Source: Antedon mediterranea
Lineage: Eukaryota; Animalia; Echinodermata
DNA length: 64,000 nt
Reading direction: 5' to 3'
Assembly (NCBI RefSeq): GCF_964355755.1
Contig: NC_092670.1
Span: 21,872,795-21,936,794, forward strand
Shown here piece after piece: positions 1 to 14,000 of the stretch. The notes under the pieces were generated by a model. The model was given only the letters and a program-made list of their open reading frames with translations, was not told the DNA's origin and made no database searches. The position numbers and the translations under genes were made by a program. The stretch's first letter is position 1. Each line of letters begins with the position of its first letter.

Positions 1-162
1 CAAATATTTACAATTTGTAGGTCACTTCGATCCCACTTAGGCTTAAAAAGTGTAATGCTTTGTTTTAACATAGAGGAAATAAATCTATCTATAAACCTTA
101 CCAGGACCAACATTAGTTGTTTTGCTCAGTAGGCAAAAGCTAAACAATATTTTTCAAGCTAA

Positions 163-313
163 AGCTCTATCTACACTATCAAACTATGCGACAAAACACA
201 TGTGATGTGCCCTATGCGACAGATGTCATATCACTACCAAATTTGGGTGCATTGCTACCATATTTGGGCACATCACACTTTTTGTGACATATACTTTAAT
301 AGTGTAAATAAAG
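163..313. mobile_element. MITE family A (PIF/Harbinger-like), degenerate copy
   Basis: Begins AGCTCTATCTACACTATCAAAC and ends in a decayed TAGTGTAAATAAAG; internal CATATCACTACC/GGGCACATCACAC motifs shared with 7 other copies in the window. Confidence 0.65.
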
Positions 314-1134
314 TAATTTTGTGATATGATGAACATTGCTAAATGAAAGAAAGCTGCACTTAACAAAAAAACATTTTTCTGCACTTTAAACTCACCCGCC
401 TTTAAAAATATTTTAAGGTTTAAAAAAATTTGAACACCACACAAAATGAAAGTATAATAAAGTTAGAATGTTTATGTTATGTGCCGAAAAAGGGGTGAAG
501 TTACTCTTTGCTGAACTATTAACCCTAATATTGCCTTAAGTCACAATATACTCATCCCTGGATAACATGACTTGTAAGAACCTGTACTAATTATGTGAGA
601 TTTAGCAGCAAATTCCATGTAACATAATATGCTAATCATAAAATGTGTTGCTAGCCGCTCATTGCCACAGGCAACTAGAAATTGAGAAATTCTACAAATT
701 CATATTTGCAACTATGATGACCAGAAAATTAAAATACCATTAGAATTACCTATTGATCATTATAAAATGTAATCTTAAAAGCAAACTCTCCAGACTGGAC
801 ATCAATGACCAGTCCAAGGGTGTCCAGTTTATAAAGTTCACTGTACTATGATCAAATGGCATTCTGTAATTTCATAATATTATTTTAGCATACAGGTGTT
901 TGTAGAAAAATCCAAGTGTGGGTGGCAGTTTGAAAATACTGTAGAATTTGGATTTATGTATGGAGCGGCAAACATGACAAACTGTAATGTAACTTCTATT
1001 AGTAGGCATGTTAAGGAGCATATTTTAGGCAAATCCTTCAAATTGTGATAACATTTTGAAACTTTGCACAGTTATTCATTAGGGTGTCAAAAATATGAAA
1101 TGGAAGGGTTGCACAAAATTTGGTCAGGGGAAAG

Positions 1135-1710
1135 CCGCCATTTTGGATTTCAAAATGGCGCACCTCAAATTTTCACTTGTCAGGTATATCTCTGCTAAAG
1201 AGGCACCTTGAGTTCTGATTTTACCTGCAAAATATATGGTAGCGGGGTCACCAAACATATTGGTATAATTAACATTTGATTGCATGGCGGCCATGTTGGA
1301 TTTCAAAATGGCGGATTTCAAATTTTCACTTTTCAGGTATATCTCTGCTAAAAAGGCACCTAGAATTCTGATTTTAGGTGCAAATTATAATTATGGTAAT
1401 GGGGTCACCAAACATATTGGTATAACTAACATTTTGATTGCATGGCGGCCATGTTGGATTTTAAAATGGCGGACTCCAATAACTTTTCAGGTATATCTCT
1501 GCTAAAAAGGTACACAGTGCTCTGATTTTAGGTGCAAATTATGTGGTAATGGGTCACCAAATATATTGCTATTTAACTAACATTTTGATTGCATGGCCAA
1601 AATGTTTCAGTACGGTGCCTACAGTTATAATTTTAGGTACAAAGTATAATATGGTATTGAGGTCAACAAACATATTGGTATAACGTCTTTGATTGCATGG
1701 CGGCCATTTT
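1135..1710. repeat. Subterminal ~154-bp tandem array, left arm of Academ element
   Basis: About 4 units, each built around the hairpin GCCGCCATTTTGGATTTCAAAATGGCG; reverse complement of the array at 3975-4740. Confidence 0.85.
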
Positions 1711-1724
1711 GAATGTAGCTCAAA

Positions 1725-2735
1725 CCTGGTAACCACACAGCTCTGTACATCATAAATCACTCTTTCTGCATTTACAGCGTCCAAGATCACAGTCGGTGTG
1801 TCACAGCGATTTGTGACATCTGAAAGTTCCGGCAATAAACTCCAAACTGGACTAAATTTGTTGCCGTCCTTCCTTCATCCCCAGTTTGCTGGTTCCTGTT
1901 CAACCCTGAATGCATCTAGACAGTTGTACCACTTTCTGGCTTGTAGAAAAGACTGTTTCACATGTTCTCTTAATGCCGCAGATGTTGGGGGGATATTTTC
2001 AATAGTCTGTAGTAAAAAGATATCGTCTTGCATCATTTACCTTCTTTCTACATAGTTACAACAAACTGTTCTAGATAATCTGTGTCACTAACATCCCCTA
2101 CAGACAATGACATCGTCTCAAATTCCTTTCCTTGAACAGATGAAGTTGTATCACAACTGCTAAAGGAATGAAAGAACAAGTAAGCGGCTGATGCTTGTGA
2201 TCCAAGAGAAGTAATCTTGTGTATTGAGATATACTTCAAGTGCTTCCCCACTCCAAACTCGATCCAAAGCTCGTGGATGCCAGGTATTCTGTGGAAAGTT
2301 GACAATGAAATAACAACAACATCACTGTCTACAGTCTTGACAAGAATGCACGGACAAATTTTAGCGGCATGTTTAACATGAACAAACATACGTTCATCTG
2401 CCTCTTCTATGTTACATGGCATCAGCGGTTTTATATTTACAGACTGGTTTGTTACAGCTCTGTCTCTCAGAGACCCTACAAACATTCCGTGATTTGTGTC
2501 AATGTTCTCTACTACTTCAGTTACAATTAATGAAACAACTCTGATTTGTTGTCATCATATCTCGAATATGTGGTCCAATTGTTGGGCATGCTCCCACTGG
2601 CTTTGACGCCCTCCTTACACCAGAGCCGCGATTTGAACGCGTACTAGACTTTAAACCGTCGTTAGAGTATTTATCGAAAACCAAATCTGGTCACGTCACT
2701 GATCGAAGTTGATGGTCTATATATGGTTGTACGAC
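1725..2735 (-). pseudogene. Frameshifted XPG/PIN-like nuclease + Cys-rich finger remnant (left arm)
   Basis: ORF 2048..2485 has EEADERMFVHVKHA, VKTVDSDVVV and FFHSFSSCDTTSS motifs; broken by frameshifts and deletions relative to the right arm. Confidence 0.8.
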
Positions 2736-3905
2736 AAAATGAAGCACCATTAGTTGCTGCCAAGGTGTTAGATGGACCAGCAATAATCAATATGCTCAGG
2801 CCCAATGATTCGAAGACATTCATTGAGTATATATCAAGTAGCATACAACCATCAACTTCGATCAGTGACACGACTAGATTTGTTTTTCGATAGATACTTT
2901 AACGACAGTTTAAAGTCTGGTACGCGTTCAAACCGCGTCTCTGGTGTAAGGAGGGTCGTTAAAGCCAGCGGGAGCTTGCCCAACAATTGGACCACATTTT
3001 TTAGATTTGATGACAACAAATCAGAGTTGTTTTCATAACTGAAGTAGTAGAGAACATTGGCACAAATCACGGAATGTTTGTAGGGTCTTTGGGAGACAGA
3101 GCTGTAACAAACCAGTAAATATACAATCGCTGATGCCATGTAACATAGAAGAGGCAGATGAACGTATGTTTGTTCACGTTAAACTTGCCGCTGAAATTTT
3201 CCACGCATTGTCAAGACTGTACACAGTGATGTTGTTGTCAGCTTTCCACAGAATACCTGGCATCCACGAGCTTCGGATCGAGTTTGGAGTGGGGAAGCAC
3301 TTGAAGTACATCCCAATACACGAGATTGCTTCTTCTCTTGGATCACAAGCATCAGCCGCTTACTTGTTCTTTCATACCATTAGCGGTTGTGATAGAACTT
3401 CATCTGTTTAAGGAAAAGGTAAAGCTACATTTAACGAGACTTTGAAAAAGATGCCATGTATGAATCCAGTTTTTGAGAGGATGTCATTGTCTGTAGGGCA
3501 TGTTAGTGAAACAGACACAGATTATCTAGAACAGTTTGTTGTAACTATGTCTACTGCAGAACATTTAATGATGCAAGACGATATCTTTTTACAACAAGAG
3601 AAAGACTATTGAAAATATCCCCCAACATCTGCGGCATTAAGAGAACATGTGAAACGGAAGCCAGGAAGTGGTACGACTGTCTAGATGCATTCAGGGTTGA
3701 ACAGGACCCAGCGAACTGGGGATAGAGGAAGGACGGCAACAAATTTTGTCTAGCTTGGAGTTCATTGCCGGAACTTTCAGATGTCACAAAGGTTTTAATT
3801 CGCTGTGGACACACCGACTGTGATCTTGGATGCTGTAAATGCAGAAAGAGTGATTTACGATTCACAGAGCTGTGTGGTTGCCAGGGAAAATGTGACCTGC
3901 AATAA
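2736..3905 (+). pseudogene. Frameshifted XPG/PIN-like nuclease + Cys-rich finger remnant (right arm)
   Basis: Fragments AKVLDGPAIINML, LDLFFDRYFNDSLKSGTRSNR, EEADERMFVH, HTISGCDRTSSV*GKGK (H3TH-like) and C-terminal GCCKCRKSDLRFTELCGCQGKC across frames with stops. Confidence 0.8.
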
Positions 3906-3974
3906 GTGTCCGTGTTAAATGCATGTAATTATGAACATAAACAAATAGTGTAAAGCCAGTACGGGTTGAGCTAC

Positions 3975-4740
3975 ATTCAAAATGGCCGCCATGCAATCAA
4001 AGACGTTATACCAATATGTTTGTTGACCTCAATACTATATTATACTTTGTACCTAAAATTATAACTGTAGGTACCGTACTGAAACATTTTGAGTTCGCCA
4101 TTTTGAAATTCAAAATGGCCGCCATGCAATAAAAATGTCAGTTAAATACCAATATGTTTGGTTACCCATTACCATATAATTGGCACCTAAAATCAGAACT
4201 CTGTGTACCTTTTTAGCAGAGATACCTGAAAAGTGAAAATTTGAAGTCCGCCATTTTGAAATCCAAAATGGCCACCATGCAATCAAAATGTTAGTTATAC
4301 CAATATGTTTGGTGACCCCATTAACATATAATTTGCACCTAAAATCAGAACTCTAGGTGCCTTTTTAGCAGAGATATGCCTGAAAAATGAAAATTTGAAA
4401 TCCGCCATTTTAAAATCCAACATGGCCGCCACGAAATCAAAATGTTAGTTATACCAGTATGTTTGGTGACCCCGCTACCATATAATTTGCACCTAAAATC
4501 AGAACTCTAGGTGCCTCTTTAGCAGAGATATACCTAAAAAGTGAAAATTTGAAGTCCGCCATTTTGAAATCCAAAATGGCCGCCATGCAATTAAAATGTT
4601 AGTTATACCAATATCTTTGGTGACCCCATTACCATATAATTTGCACCTAAATTCAGAACTCTAGGTGCCTATTTAGCAGAGATATACCTGAAAAGTGAAC
4701 AATTTGGGTCCGCCATTTTGAAATCCAAAATGGCGGCTTT
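3975..4740. repeat. Subterminal 154-bp tandem array, right arm of Academ element
   Basis: CCGCCATTTT hairpin recurs at 4248, 4402, 4556, 4710 (period 154) plus degenerate units near 3980 and 4096. Confidence 0.9.
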
Positions 4741-5946
4741 CCCCTGACCAAATTTTGTGCAACCCTTCCATTTCATATTTTTGACACCCTAATGAATAAC
4801 TGTGCAAAGTTTCAGAATGTTATCACAATTTGAAGGATTGGGTCACTTAACAGGCCTACTATATTAGGTAAGGTAAAATAAGTTAAAATATACTGTACAT
4901 TCATGAATACTGGCCAGAGTTTCTTATATCCACATGATACTACTATGCATCAATCCTGAACTTCAAGTATGGCTTAATATATCCACATCATTAAAGCAAT
5001 ACTGCCCTGTCAAATTCACAGATTTTGTTCAGACTTCTTATTTTTATGATAATGATATGTAATCTGTGAAATTCTTGCGAGTATTGAATCAATTATCCGA
5101 GCCTTCATGAGTCATAATGAATCCCTTTGGTTTGATCTAGCTTGACAAGTTAAACGAGGGGTATTTGCTACACTTAGTATTCACTTTCATATTTCATTGC
5201 CCATGGCACTAACTTCTTTAGTTGCATTTCAATTATTCTGTACTTGGGTATCACATTTGTAAGTAGTTAAAATAGCAATATGCCAACTGTTAGGTACTGT
5301 AGGCGTGTATGTGCATTTATATATGAAGATACAGTACGGTAGATCCTATATTAAGGAGACAGATTTGGAAACCAACGAAATCGTCCCATTAATAAATAGG
5401 GGTGTCCTTTGAACAGGGGTGGGCAGTAGTGTTAAAGAATATATTGTCTCTCATTCACGTCACACAAAAGGGTTCCCTTGATAGCCATGTCCTAAATGGT
5501 TTAATGTGATATTTTATTGTAAAACATAAGCTCAAATCAAATGCAGGTGTAGTTCTCAAATATAAGCCCATGCTGACACAAGTCTCCAGATCTACTACTC
5601 TGCCAACAACAAATCACTGACAATTGATAACTGAACAAAAGAAAGTCAGGCATGAACGGTTTGCCGTGTAATTGATTCTGAACACTGGGAAAATGGGAAG
5701 AGCTTCATATGGGATAATATGGATGAGAAAGGGTAAACAGAAATAGTTAGGCAGCTGACATAACATTAAATACAATGTTGCAAAATTATTGATTTATTAA
5801 TTAATCCGCATCAATAAACATTATGATTTAATTAACTGATTATCATCATAATAATAATAAAGAAACCTATACTATGATTTGAGATAGGCTTCTTTTCAAG
5901 ATTACTTTTGTAAAACACAGGCTAATTTTATACCTCCATGTACAGA

Positions 5947-6063
5947 GGGCTTCTTTTCAAGGTGGGCTTCTTTTCGAGGTTGGCTTCTTTTCGAGGTTGG
6001 CTTCTTTTCGAGGTGGGTTTCTTTTCGAGGTGGGCTTCTTTTCAAGGTAGGCTTCTTTTCGAG
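5947..6063. repeat. 17-bp minisatellite (GGTGGGCTTCTTTTCGA)~7
   Basis: Direct reading; one further isolated unit near 5885. Resembles internal repeats of non-autonomous Tc1/mariner-type elements (inference). Confidence 0.85.
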
Positions 6064-9000
6064 TTTGTATAGAGTTGATGTGAAAAACAACATTGTAATA
6101 ATCCAAAATAGTAATAGTAGTACTAAAAAGTACAAACACAGCTTCGTTAATTGTCATTGTCCTCATCTGTGACAATCATCACACAAGTGACTCACTTAAC
6201 ACACACATGTGCTCAACTCACGCAACAAATTTCCACATCCTTGTCTCTCAATAAGTACTGTACACACAGTCATGATATGAGTAAACTTGTATCAATGCTT
6301 GTATCAATGGCTATCTGTTATGTAGCTTCACAAACACTTCTAATAGTAAATCTTAGAAAACCCTAATTTTTTATGAAACAAAGTGGTTTTATTACCGACT
6401 ACCTCCAATTAAGGACCACTATAATTATAGTATTATTACTATAATTAATATAATCAATTCTGTTCTGGACCATCTAATTGAGGTACCGGTATTCTAAATC
6501 ACTGGAAAACAATTAATACCAGCTTCAACTATTGGCCAGGAAGGCGTTTTTACCACCACAAAGTGATAATTCACAACTCTGTTTTATCTTAACCAGTCTG
6601 ACAACACATGATCATCAACAACACCACTAAACATTAGTTTAGCTTCCCTGCCTGCCATTTCAGAAGCCCAGTCTAAAAATGTCTTGCTTTACCTGTACAG
6701 TAATTCCGCTATGTCTAAACTCAATATGAACATCTGTTTCAGGCGAGTTAATAATAAATACTCATATTCAATTCTCACTAAATCCTTTTACAAGTAAATC
6801 TCAAGATGTACTTGTGTTTGCAATGACAGATTCCTCAATTAAAATATGTGGATTAAGTCAGTCGGCAAATAAACTGTAAATAAGTATAAATATTTTAGGA
6901 TATATTGAAAGTCATATGCCTGGTATTCCTATAAAACTATATTTGACATTCTCTCTTAGCTTTGGTTATAGTCGGCTCTCCCAACTTCAAATTCTTGAAA
7001 AAACTGGAAACTTTCCCTAAACAAGACTTCTTGATGTTCAAAAGGTCCAAATTATTTTTTTACACATTTGAAATACCAGAATTTCTGGAAAATGAAACCA
7101 ATTAGACTAGCCCTGGGTGTATTGGGAATTGACTATATTCTGCTGAAGTTAAACGATGAGGGATGCAAATACTATAGAAAAATCAGGATGAAGGGAAAGT
7201 TGAAAAAGAAAGAAAAAAAAAAAAGTATTTAAAACATTCAATATAATTTGGCCGTCTTTCTTCTCAACTACATCAAGTATGTTTATGCTCGAATACACTA
7301 AAAAAAAATGTTTTTTCCCATAGATAATTACAAAACATATCAAGAAACATTAGTTTCATTATTAGCTGAGTCACTTAAGGTTCTAAGGTTACAACCTTGT
7401 AATAAACACAGTGTCATCAGTAGATAAATGAGATTCTTTGAAATGTCACCATAAGTGACATCTATTTAGCCATGACAATACTAATTGAATTACTGTATAT
7501 ACACTAGTAGTACTTTATCTCATCTTGAAGATTGACTTGGATTTTACAATCTAATCTATTTTTATAGATCTCTATATCCACGCTGATAATAATGCTGGTA
7601 TTAGTTTTAAAGCACACAATGTAAAACCAGTGTTTGTTGGTGTTTTTCTTGACATTGGAACTTTGAGTAAACAACAGTTGGAAAACACAAAGTGGCTTAA
7701 TAAATACAGTACAATATGAAGTAACCAAGTTTTCTGCTGTTATTTTATTTGTTTATGCTCTACCTTGGTATTGAGCACTCTATCCTAACGGTCTGATAAT
7801 TTCAACCTAAATAAATATATATATATATATAAATAATGAAAAAAATATGGATGTAAATAATGTCAGACTAACTAGAGAATAAAACCACTTTTTTTGGTTT
7901 CTCACACAAACATTTTGAATACAAAAGAATTACATACATAAATGAATGAATTAAAGTTAAACAATTTTTTAAATATCCCGTTCCAGTAGAAGTCGCTAAC
8001 GTGACATCACACAAACCATAAAGTAAACAAAATGTTCAACTTTAAAACAAAGGATGTGGTTATTTGTTAAAAGTTCAACACCATCAAACTTTCAATTAAT
8101 TAAATATTTAATATTAAAATATTCAAATTATGAAAATTAATATACAACTAAGACATTATTCACTGATGTGACACATTCAGTTTTTACTTTATACCTCAAT
8201 GCACCTACAGACCTACAAAATGATTCACATAATAATATTATATAAATCAATGACAAAATTATGTAGATATTGCTGTACATACATCACACATCTTCCCTAT
8301 ATTATAGCATTTTTTTTATTTATTTATTTTTTGCATACTGTATTTCAACATAAAATGACTTAATTATAAAGATACAAAATTGAAAGACTCACCAGTTAAG
8401 AGGATACTGTAAAAACTATTCTCAGAAATCAGTCAGGGGTGTTGGCTTTAGAAACTGTATGGTAAAAAGTAGTACAACTTATACACAGCAGATGGAAACA
8501 GTCTGGCTAGCCAAGCCTTCTGGTGAATCACAAATCCACAGATATGACTGAATGCTTGAGTGAGCAGAGTCATGCATGATCGACTAATCATGGGCTAGTT
8601 CATTTAAAGAGTTATTACAAAGTGTGTCAAGAGAAATAAAAAAACTCCAGGTTCACATGGATCGTTAAAAAAAACACGATAAAAAACAAGAGAGAATTAT
8701 AGTAAAAATCTTTTTAATGAAAAATTTATTTTAAATCGTGATTTTCAATTTTATGTGGCATGATTGAAGAGTTGCTGACACTTTACATAAATAATTTAGG
8801 ACATTTAGCATCACAGGATTGGAATCTAGGACCATGGGAATGTATCGTACCGACCAAGCACTCCATGGATAGAAATGTACTTATTTGTACAAATAATCAA
8901 TGTATACGCACTGTAACAATACTATATTCAAATGACATGGTTTAGATCTTGGTTATACTAATATTACAGTAAAATAAGTGTCATTGTTAACTCTCTATTG

Positions 9001-9224
9001 ACATTTAAAAAGATCCATTGGGAATGTTTTACTATGGCAACTTCATCACCCTGCATGACACAAGAGAGTAGATTTTTGCAAGTAGATTTATATTCATACA
9101 TATTTCTATACTGTCAATTTAATATGTTTATGAAAGAAAAAAAAATCTGCTTTCTAGCTCAAATGTATTGTTATTTTATTTTCTCCCTATACATTTAGCT
9201 AAGCTTACAGCATCAGCAATGTGT

Positions 9225-9473
9225 AGATTAATTTTTTATTTTTTTTTATTTATTTATTTTTTTTATTCACACTCATCCAACAGCGAGTAACTCGCCAATT
9301 ACAGGATGGATAAACTATTTAATAATTTATCGTGCTTATAAACTAAGTCTCATTTGAGGCTTAGGGAGTGGAGTTGAAAGAGTCATGAGTTACAATTAAC
9401 AACAAAATTACATACAACAAAATTCATACATTTCTAAGTCTATAGTAGAGTCAATTTGATATTATACAGTAAC
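9225..9473 (-). mobile_element. Probable retroposon 3' end between ~100-bp direct repeats
   Basis: T-rich tract at 9232-9268 (A-rich tail on minus strand), adjacent hairpin GCGAGTAACTCGC; flanks 9125-9224 and 9474-9577 are diverged direct repeats. Confidence 0.45.
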
Positions 9474-11084
9474 TGTTTATAGAAGAAAAAAGAATCTGTT
9501 TTCTAGCTCAAATGTACTGTTATTTTATTTTCTCTCGCTATACATTTAGCTAAGCCTACAGCGCATCAGTAATGTGTTTATACAAGCTTACAACTCAATC
9601 ATTCATCAATAAGACATGACTGCCTAGATGGTGTTGTTTCTACCCCCACAAACCACATCCCATCAGGCAAGGTTACAGGTGTTCTCATCTGGCTCAAGGG
9701 TCTTACCACCAACAATATTGTTTATAATCACAATTTTAAAATGCTTCCTTATGGCCATCTCATCACCTAATCATAAATTTTAAACAACAACAACAAAATC
9801 GCAATCACGATTCATAAAATCTTCCTTCTAGGAAATTCACACTGGATGGCAAAATGAAAGAAAAAAAAAATTCAATAATAAAGATTTTCCTTGTGTTTTG
9901 AGCAAGCTAATGGTTTTGGTATATTTTCCATCCCCACCATAATCCTCATGCAGTGATCTAAATGTTTACAAATCTTATATAGTTTACTTGAAATCAAATA
10001 CCATTTCTAACTAAGGGACTTTGAAAGAATTATTGTACTGTACTTTTTCCCAAGGACATTGCTATAAATGTATACATATTTCAATGTGTAAATTTCACTT
10101 GTGATAAAAAAAAAGGTTGGCATTTAAACCAAAATATTGATTTAATAGACAAGAAACCAAGTGTTTCGATGCTGTATAAAAATGTATGTCAACTATATGT
10201 TCAGTAAAATAGACTCCTCCGGAACAGCTTCAAAATCCATTGACCTTTTTAAATTGTGCAAATTATCAATATTTAATGGAGCATTTGTAGTTGATTACAT
10301 TTTAATTCTTTAAGTGTTTCAATTGGTTTCCATTGAATGTCTCATTCTTTGAGGTTTTTATATTTCATTTCAACACATAACCTTTGAGGTTTTAAGATTT
10401 CCGGTTCATTCCTTAAATACCTTTTTAAAATTATTTTTTAATTATTTTAATTTAGCAACGGTAAATCAAAAAATTTAAATAATTTGTGTAAAGTGTCACC
10501 CTAACAGGGTGTCCTCCTGAATAAGGGTATTTAAAGAAGGAGTTCTGTAGAATTATAGTACAGTGGTAGTGTGTCTTCTCATACATGTATCTTGGGTGAA
10601 CACATAGTAACTTGAGACGGTACTGCATTGTATTCAGGGGGAGTTTATATGATTCTGTTTCACACTTAAATATAGGGGATAACTCCAGTTCTAAGACCCA
10701 TATGGTTTGAACAAGATTTTGAATTATACCTCTAGGAGTAGGAATTAGAAAATCCAGGAAGAGCCAGGCCAGCTAATATTAAGCAAAGTAGACAAGGAAG
10801 TGGTTGTTCCTGTTTTTAATTCATTTTAGGAAATATTAAATACTGCAGTAAATATATTGTAATCTTTAAGGAAAAGTGAGCATGTTGTTTTTAAATGAAA
10901 TGCTCAGTAAAGAACATTCTTGTGATATCACCAGAGACCTGTAAAAAGCAGCATAGAGATTTGATGAAGATTATAGACTTTGTCTCGGCTTATAATAAAT
11001 AGTTCCTTGGGTTTATTACATGACTGATAGGGACATTAATGTTACTGTACTTTGCTAAATAAAGCTCAATAAAAATGTACTTAC

Positions 11085-14000
11085 CGTTCTTTCCGTTACG
11101 GTGTACGTGAAAAGTGATATTATTATTGTCAAACGGAACCGGTTGAATACCGAGTAACTTGCGGACAAGCTGCGGTACAAGATTAACGTCAATAACACCT
11201 TTTTTTTCCTCGTCTGCCTCAAGAAACGATGCTTTCAGAACTGTTGGAGAAAACAAATATTACATCATTACCAAAAATTTAATCTTGAAAATTGTTAGTA
11301 TTATCAGTTTTGTGCAAATGACATCTTTCTTTTCCAACTCGATCTAAATACCACAACGGCACCCTAAAAAATCACAGTACTATACCACAATGACATGTGG
11401 TTCACTATTAGAGTAAGAAGATGTGAACACAGTACAGATAATACGATGAGCTGTTAAAAGAAATTAAATGAAGAATATAACTCATTGAAACTGACCATCT
11501 CTATGGATTGATGCCTTTGTAAAACTCAAGTATGGTACAACAATACACAAGATACAAATGATACCAGCACAATGAAAGCAACTTGGTTATGATATCTAAA
11601 GTATTAATAAATATGATTCATGCAGATAAACCACCTCCACACATAACCTTCTAATGTTATTCATCATTTGTGGTTTTCCAGAAACATGGTTTACTCAGCG
11701 AGAAGAAAACACAGTTATTATCATGTAATTCATATTTTATGAGTTTAATTTTGTTTGCCTCCAAGGACCTGGTTTTAAGTCTTGTGGTCTACCGATACAG
11801 ATTTTGTGAACTTTGTTGTATCATTTTGACATTGAAATAATTGAATATAAATACACACTGGGGTAAATATCACAGGAATGATTTGTAAGCAATCATTTTA
11901 ACAAAGAAAACGCATTTTAAACCAAGAGGTAAAATATCAATTAAGCCTACTAATATACTATGCCGCACAACATCAACATGGAGTAAGTCAGCCACTGTAG
12001 GCACGTAACTGCTGCACAACATCAACATGGAGTAAGTCAGCCACTGTAGGCACGTAATTGTTGCCGCACAACATCAACATGGAGGAAGTCAGCCACTGTA
12101 GGCATGTAACTGTTGCGTCAAAAAGTCGAGGAGCGTTTTTTGTAAGAAATATTTCTTGTTTTACTATGGATACTCCATAATAATTCTGAACTAAAAATTA
12201 AATGTAAAAAGTACTGTACATACAGTTAGTTATTAAACTAACCAATTTAGTATTGTCAATTAATAGTAACACACAGCTCAATAAGGAATATGGGTGATTC
12301 TAAATTATCATTTAATTTTCATTCTACAATTAAGTGATACTTGTGATCAACTTTTAGTTTCAGAAATTTTATATATGGTGAAGTCAAGTAATAAGGGATA
12401 ATGTTTTACTTCCTCAAAAAAAACGGAAATAAATAGTTTTACTTTATTGAGTTGAGAAGTTGAAGTGAGTCAGATTATGCATAGTAGGAAACTGAAATTA
12501 AGCACAAAAAAAAAATTATATTGAAAGTGGGTAAAAAGGCAACGCTGTCAATAATTTGATGTTTTGCCCAAGAATGCTGTAAGAATTAGGACTAACACAC
12601 GACTTAGAGATCAGGTTTAAGTCTAACATTGCATAAATTAAAGCCTCGGTGCCTGCAAAGTTGAAATTGTGCTTCATTTATTGGGTTAAACATGAATAAT
12701 GTTTAATGCAAGTGTGGTATACAACATGAATTTAGCTGCAGAGCTTGAAGAAAAAACGAAATGCATCTTTAGTCTTCTATGGACAAGACAACCTTCCTCG
12801 TATGCATAGATGTTCTCTTTGGACCTGTCAACCTCAAAAATCAAAACACTGCAGCAAGGATGCTGCTTATGAAGTGTAAGCATTGGCGCATTAATTTAAA
12901 TCATGTATTCTGGTACAAAAAAATATATATTTTCAAAATAATGCATAGAAGAGATGTTTAAAATGGAAATTGGGTTTTTAATATTTGATTGTAACCTATT
13001 TACTACACTCAAACTATTTTTAATTTCAAAGGTACTAGGACTTGAAGTTTTGCCCAAAATTCTTTTGGAATTAAGGCGAACACACGACTTGGGGATCAAA
13101 TTAAATCTAACATGGTTTACGGAAAAAGGATAGGAATATTATTTCATTATGTTTTGAATCACGTTCTTCACAGAATCAGTTTTACTTCAACATGAACCTA
13201 CATGTATATTTTTTTTAATTCATGATTTATAATCAGTTGAATGTTGCACTAATGGAGTCAAAATCGCTTTTAAATACCAAATTTAACATCTATACAATAC
13301 ATCAATCAATTTAGATAGCAAATCCATTAATTTATATAATGTATGACAGCTTTTACACAACTTGATTTGCTAATAATAAGTAAATTGTGTAAATGTAAAA
13401 TATTTAAACAACTTTATTAAAACTTACAGTGGTGTACTATACTATAGGTAGTAAAATAAGTGACTACTAGGTAACTCCCAACAAATTCTTATTCTAATTG
13501 TAAAAGAGATACAACCGAGGTTGAGGGGAACACCTTAGGGGATCATTGGGGAAGTGGAGGGAAAGAAACACTACACCACCTTTGTTTTTTAAACACATCA
13601 TCTTGACATACCCTGATCACTGTGGTGTGTTGGGATGCTGCCGCCAGTTGATGGCATGGTTCAATTCACAAAATGTAATAAGTACTGTAATACCTCTAAA
13701 GAACTCAAACTTTACAGTATTGTATATCTTTAATATTAGCATTTAATATATTTTATTTTATAAATATTAAAACTTGATGTTTAATATAAGGTCATACACT
13801 TCATATACTTCCTCTTATTATTAAACCTAAAGCTTGACTGTACGGTCATAAATCTTTGCAAAGTGAAACAAAATGGATAATACAGCTCTTTGATGATCTC
13901 TTCATAAAGATCACTAGGGACTAAGCACAACTCAGCACCACTTATGTCTTGATCAGCTTGAAAAGAAAGACTTCTAACAAAGCGCTTAATAAATCATTTT

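Larger units (their letters stand above)
1000..4861. mobile_element. Non-autonomous foldback Academ (AcademX-type) DNA transposon
   Basis: Termini 5'-TAGTAGGCATGTTAAG...CTTAACAGGCCTACTA-3', flanked by TAT (997-999) and TAT (4862-4864). Arms ~1000-2735 and ~2838-4861 are inverted copies. TAG termini, 3-bp TSD and an XPG/PIN-like nuclease plus Cys-rich finger are established AcademX characters. Confidence 0.8.

Noticed and set aside
1124-1505. ORFs with KMAA/ILK motifs
   Set aside because: Translations of the Academ subterminal repeats.
5902-6175. Lys/Pro-rich ORFs
   Set aside because: Translations of a 17-bp minisatellite that shifts frame each unit.
6693-6733. Candidate next exon of the EF-hand-like gene (DVHIEFRHSGITVQ, phase-compatible)
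   Set aside because: Weak polypyrimidine tract and no recognisable homology; cannot be supported without RNA-seq.
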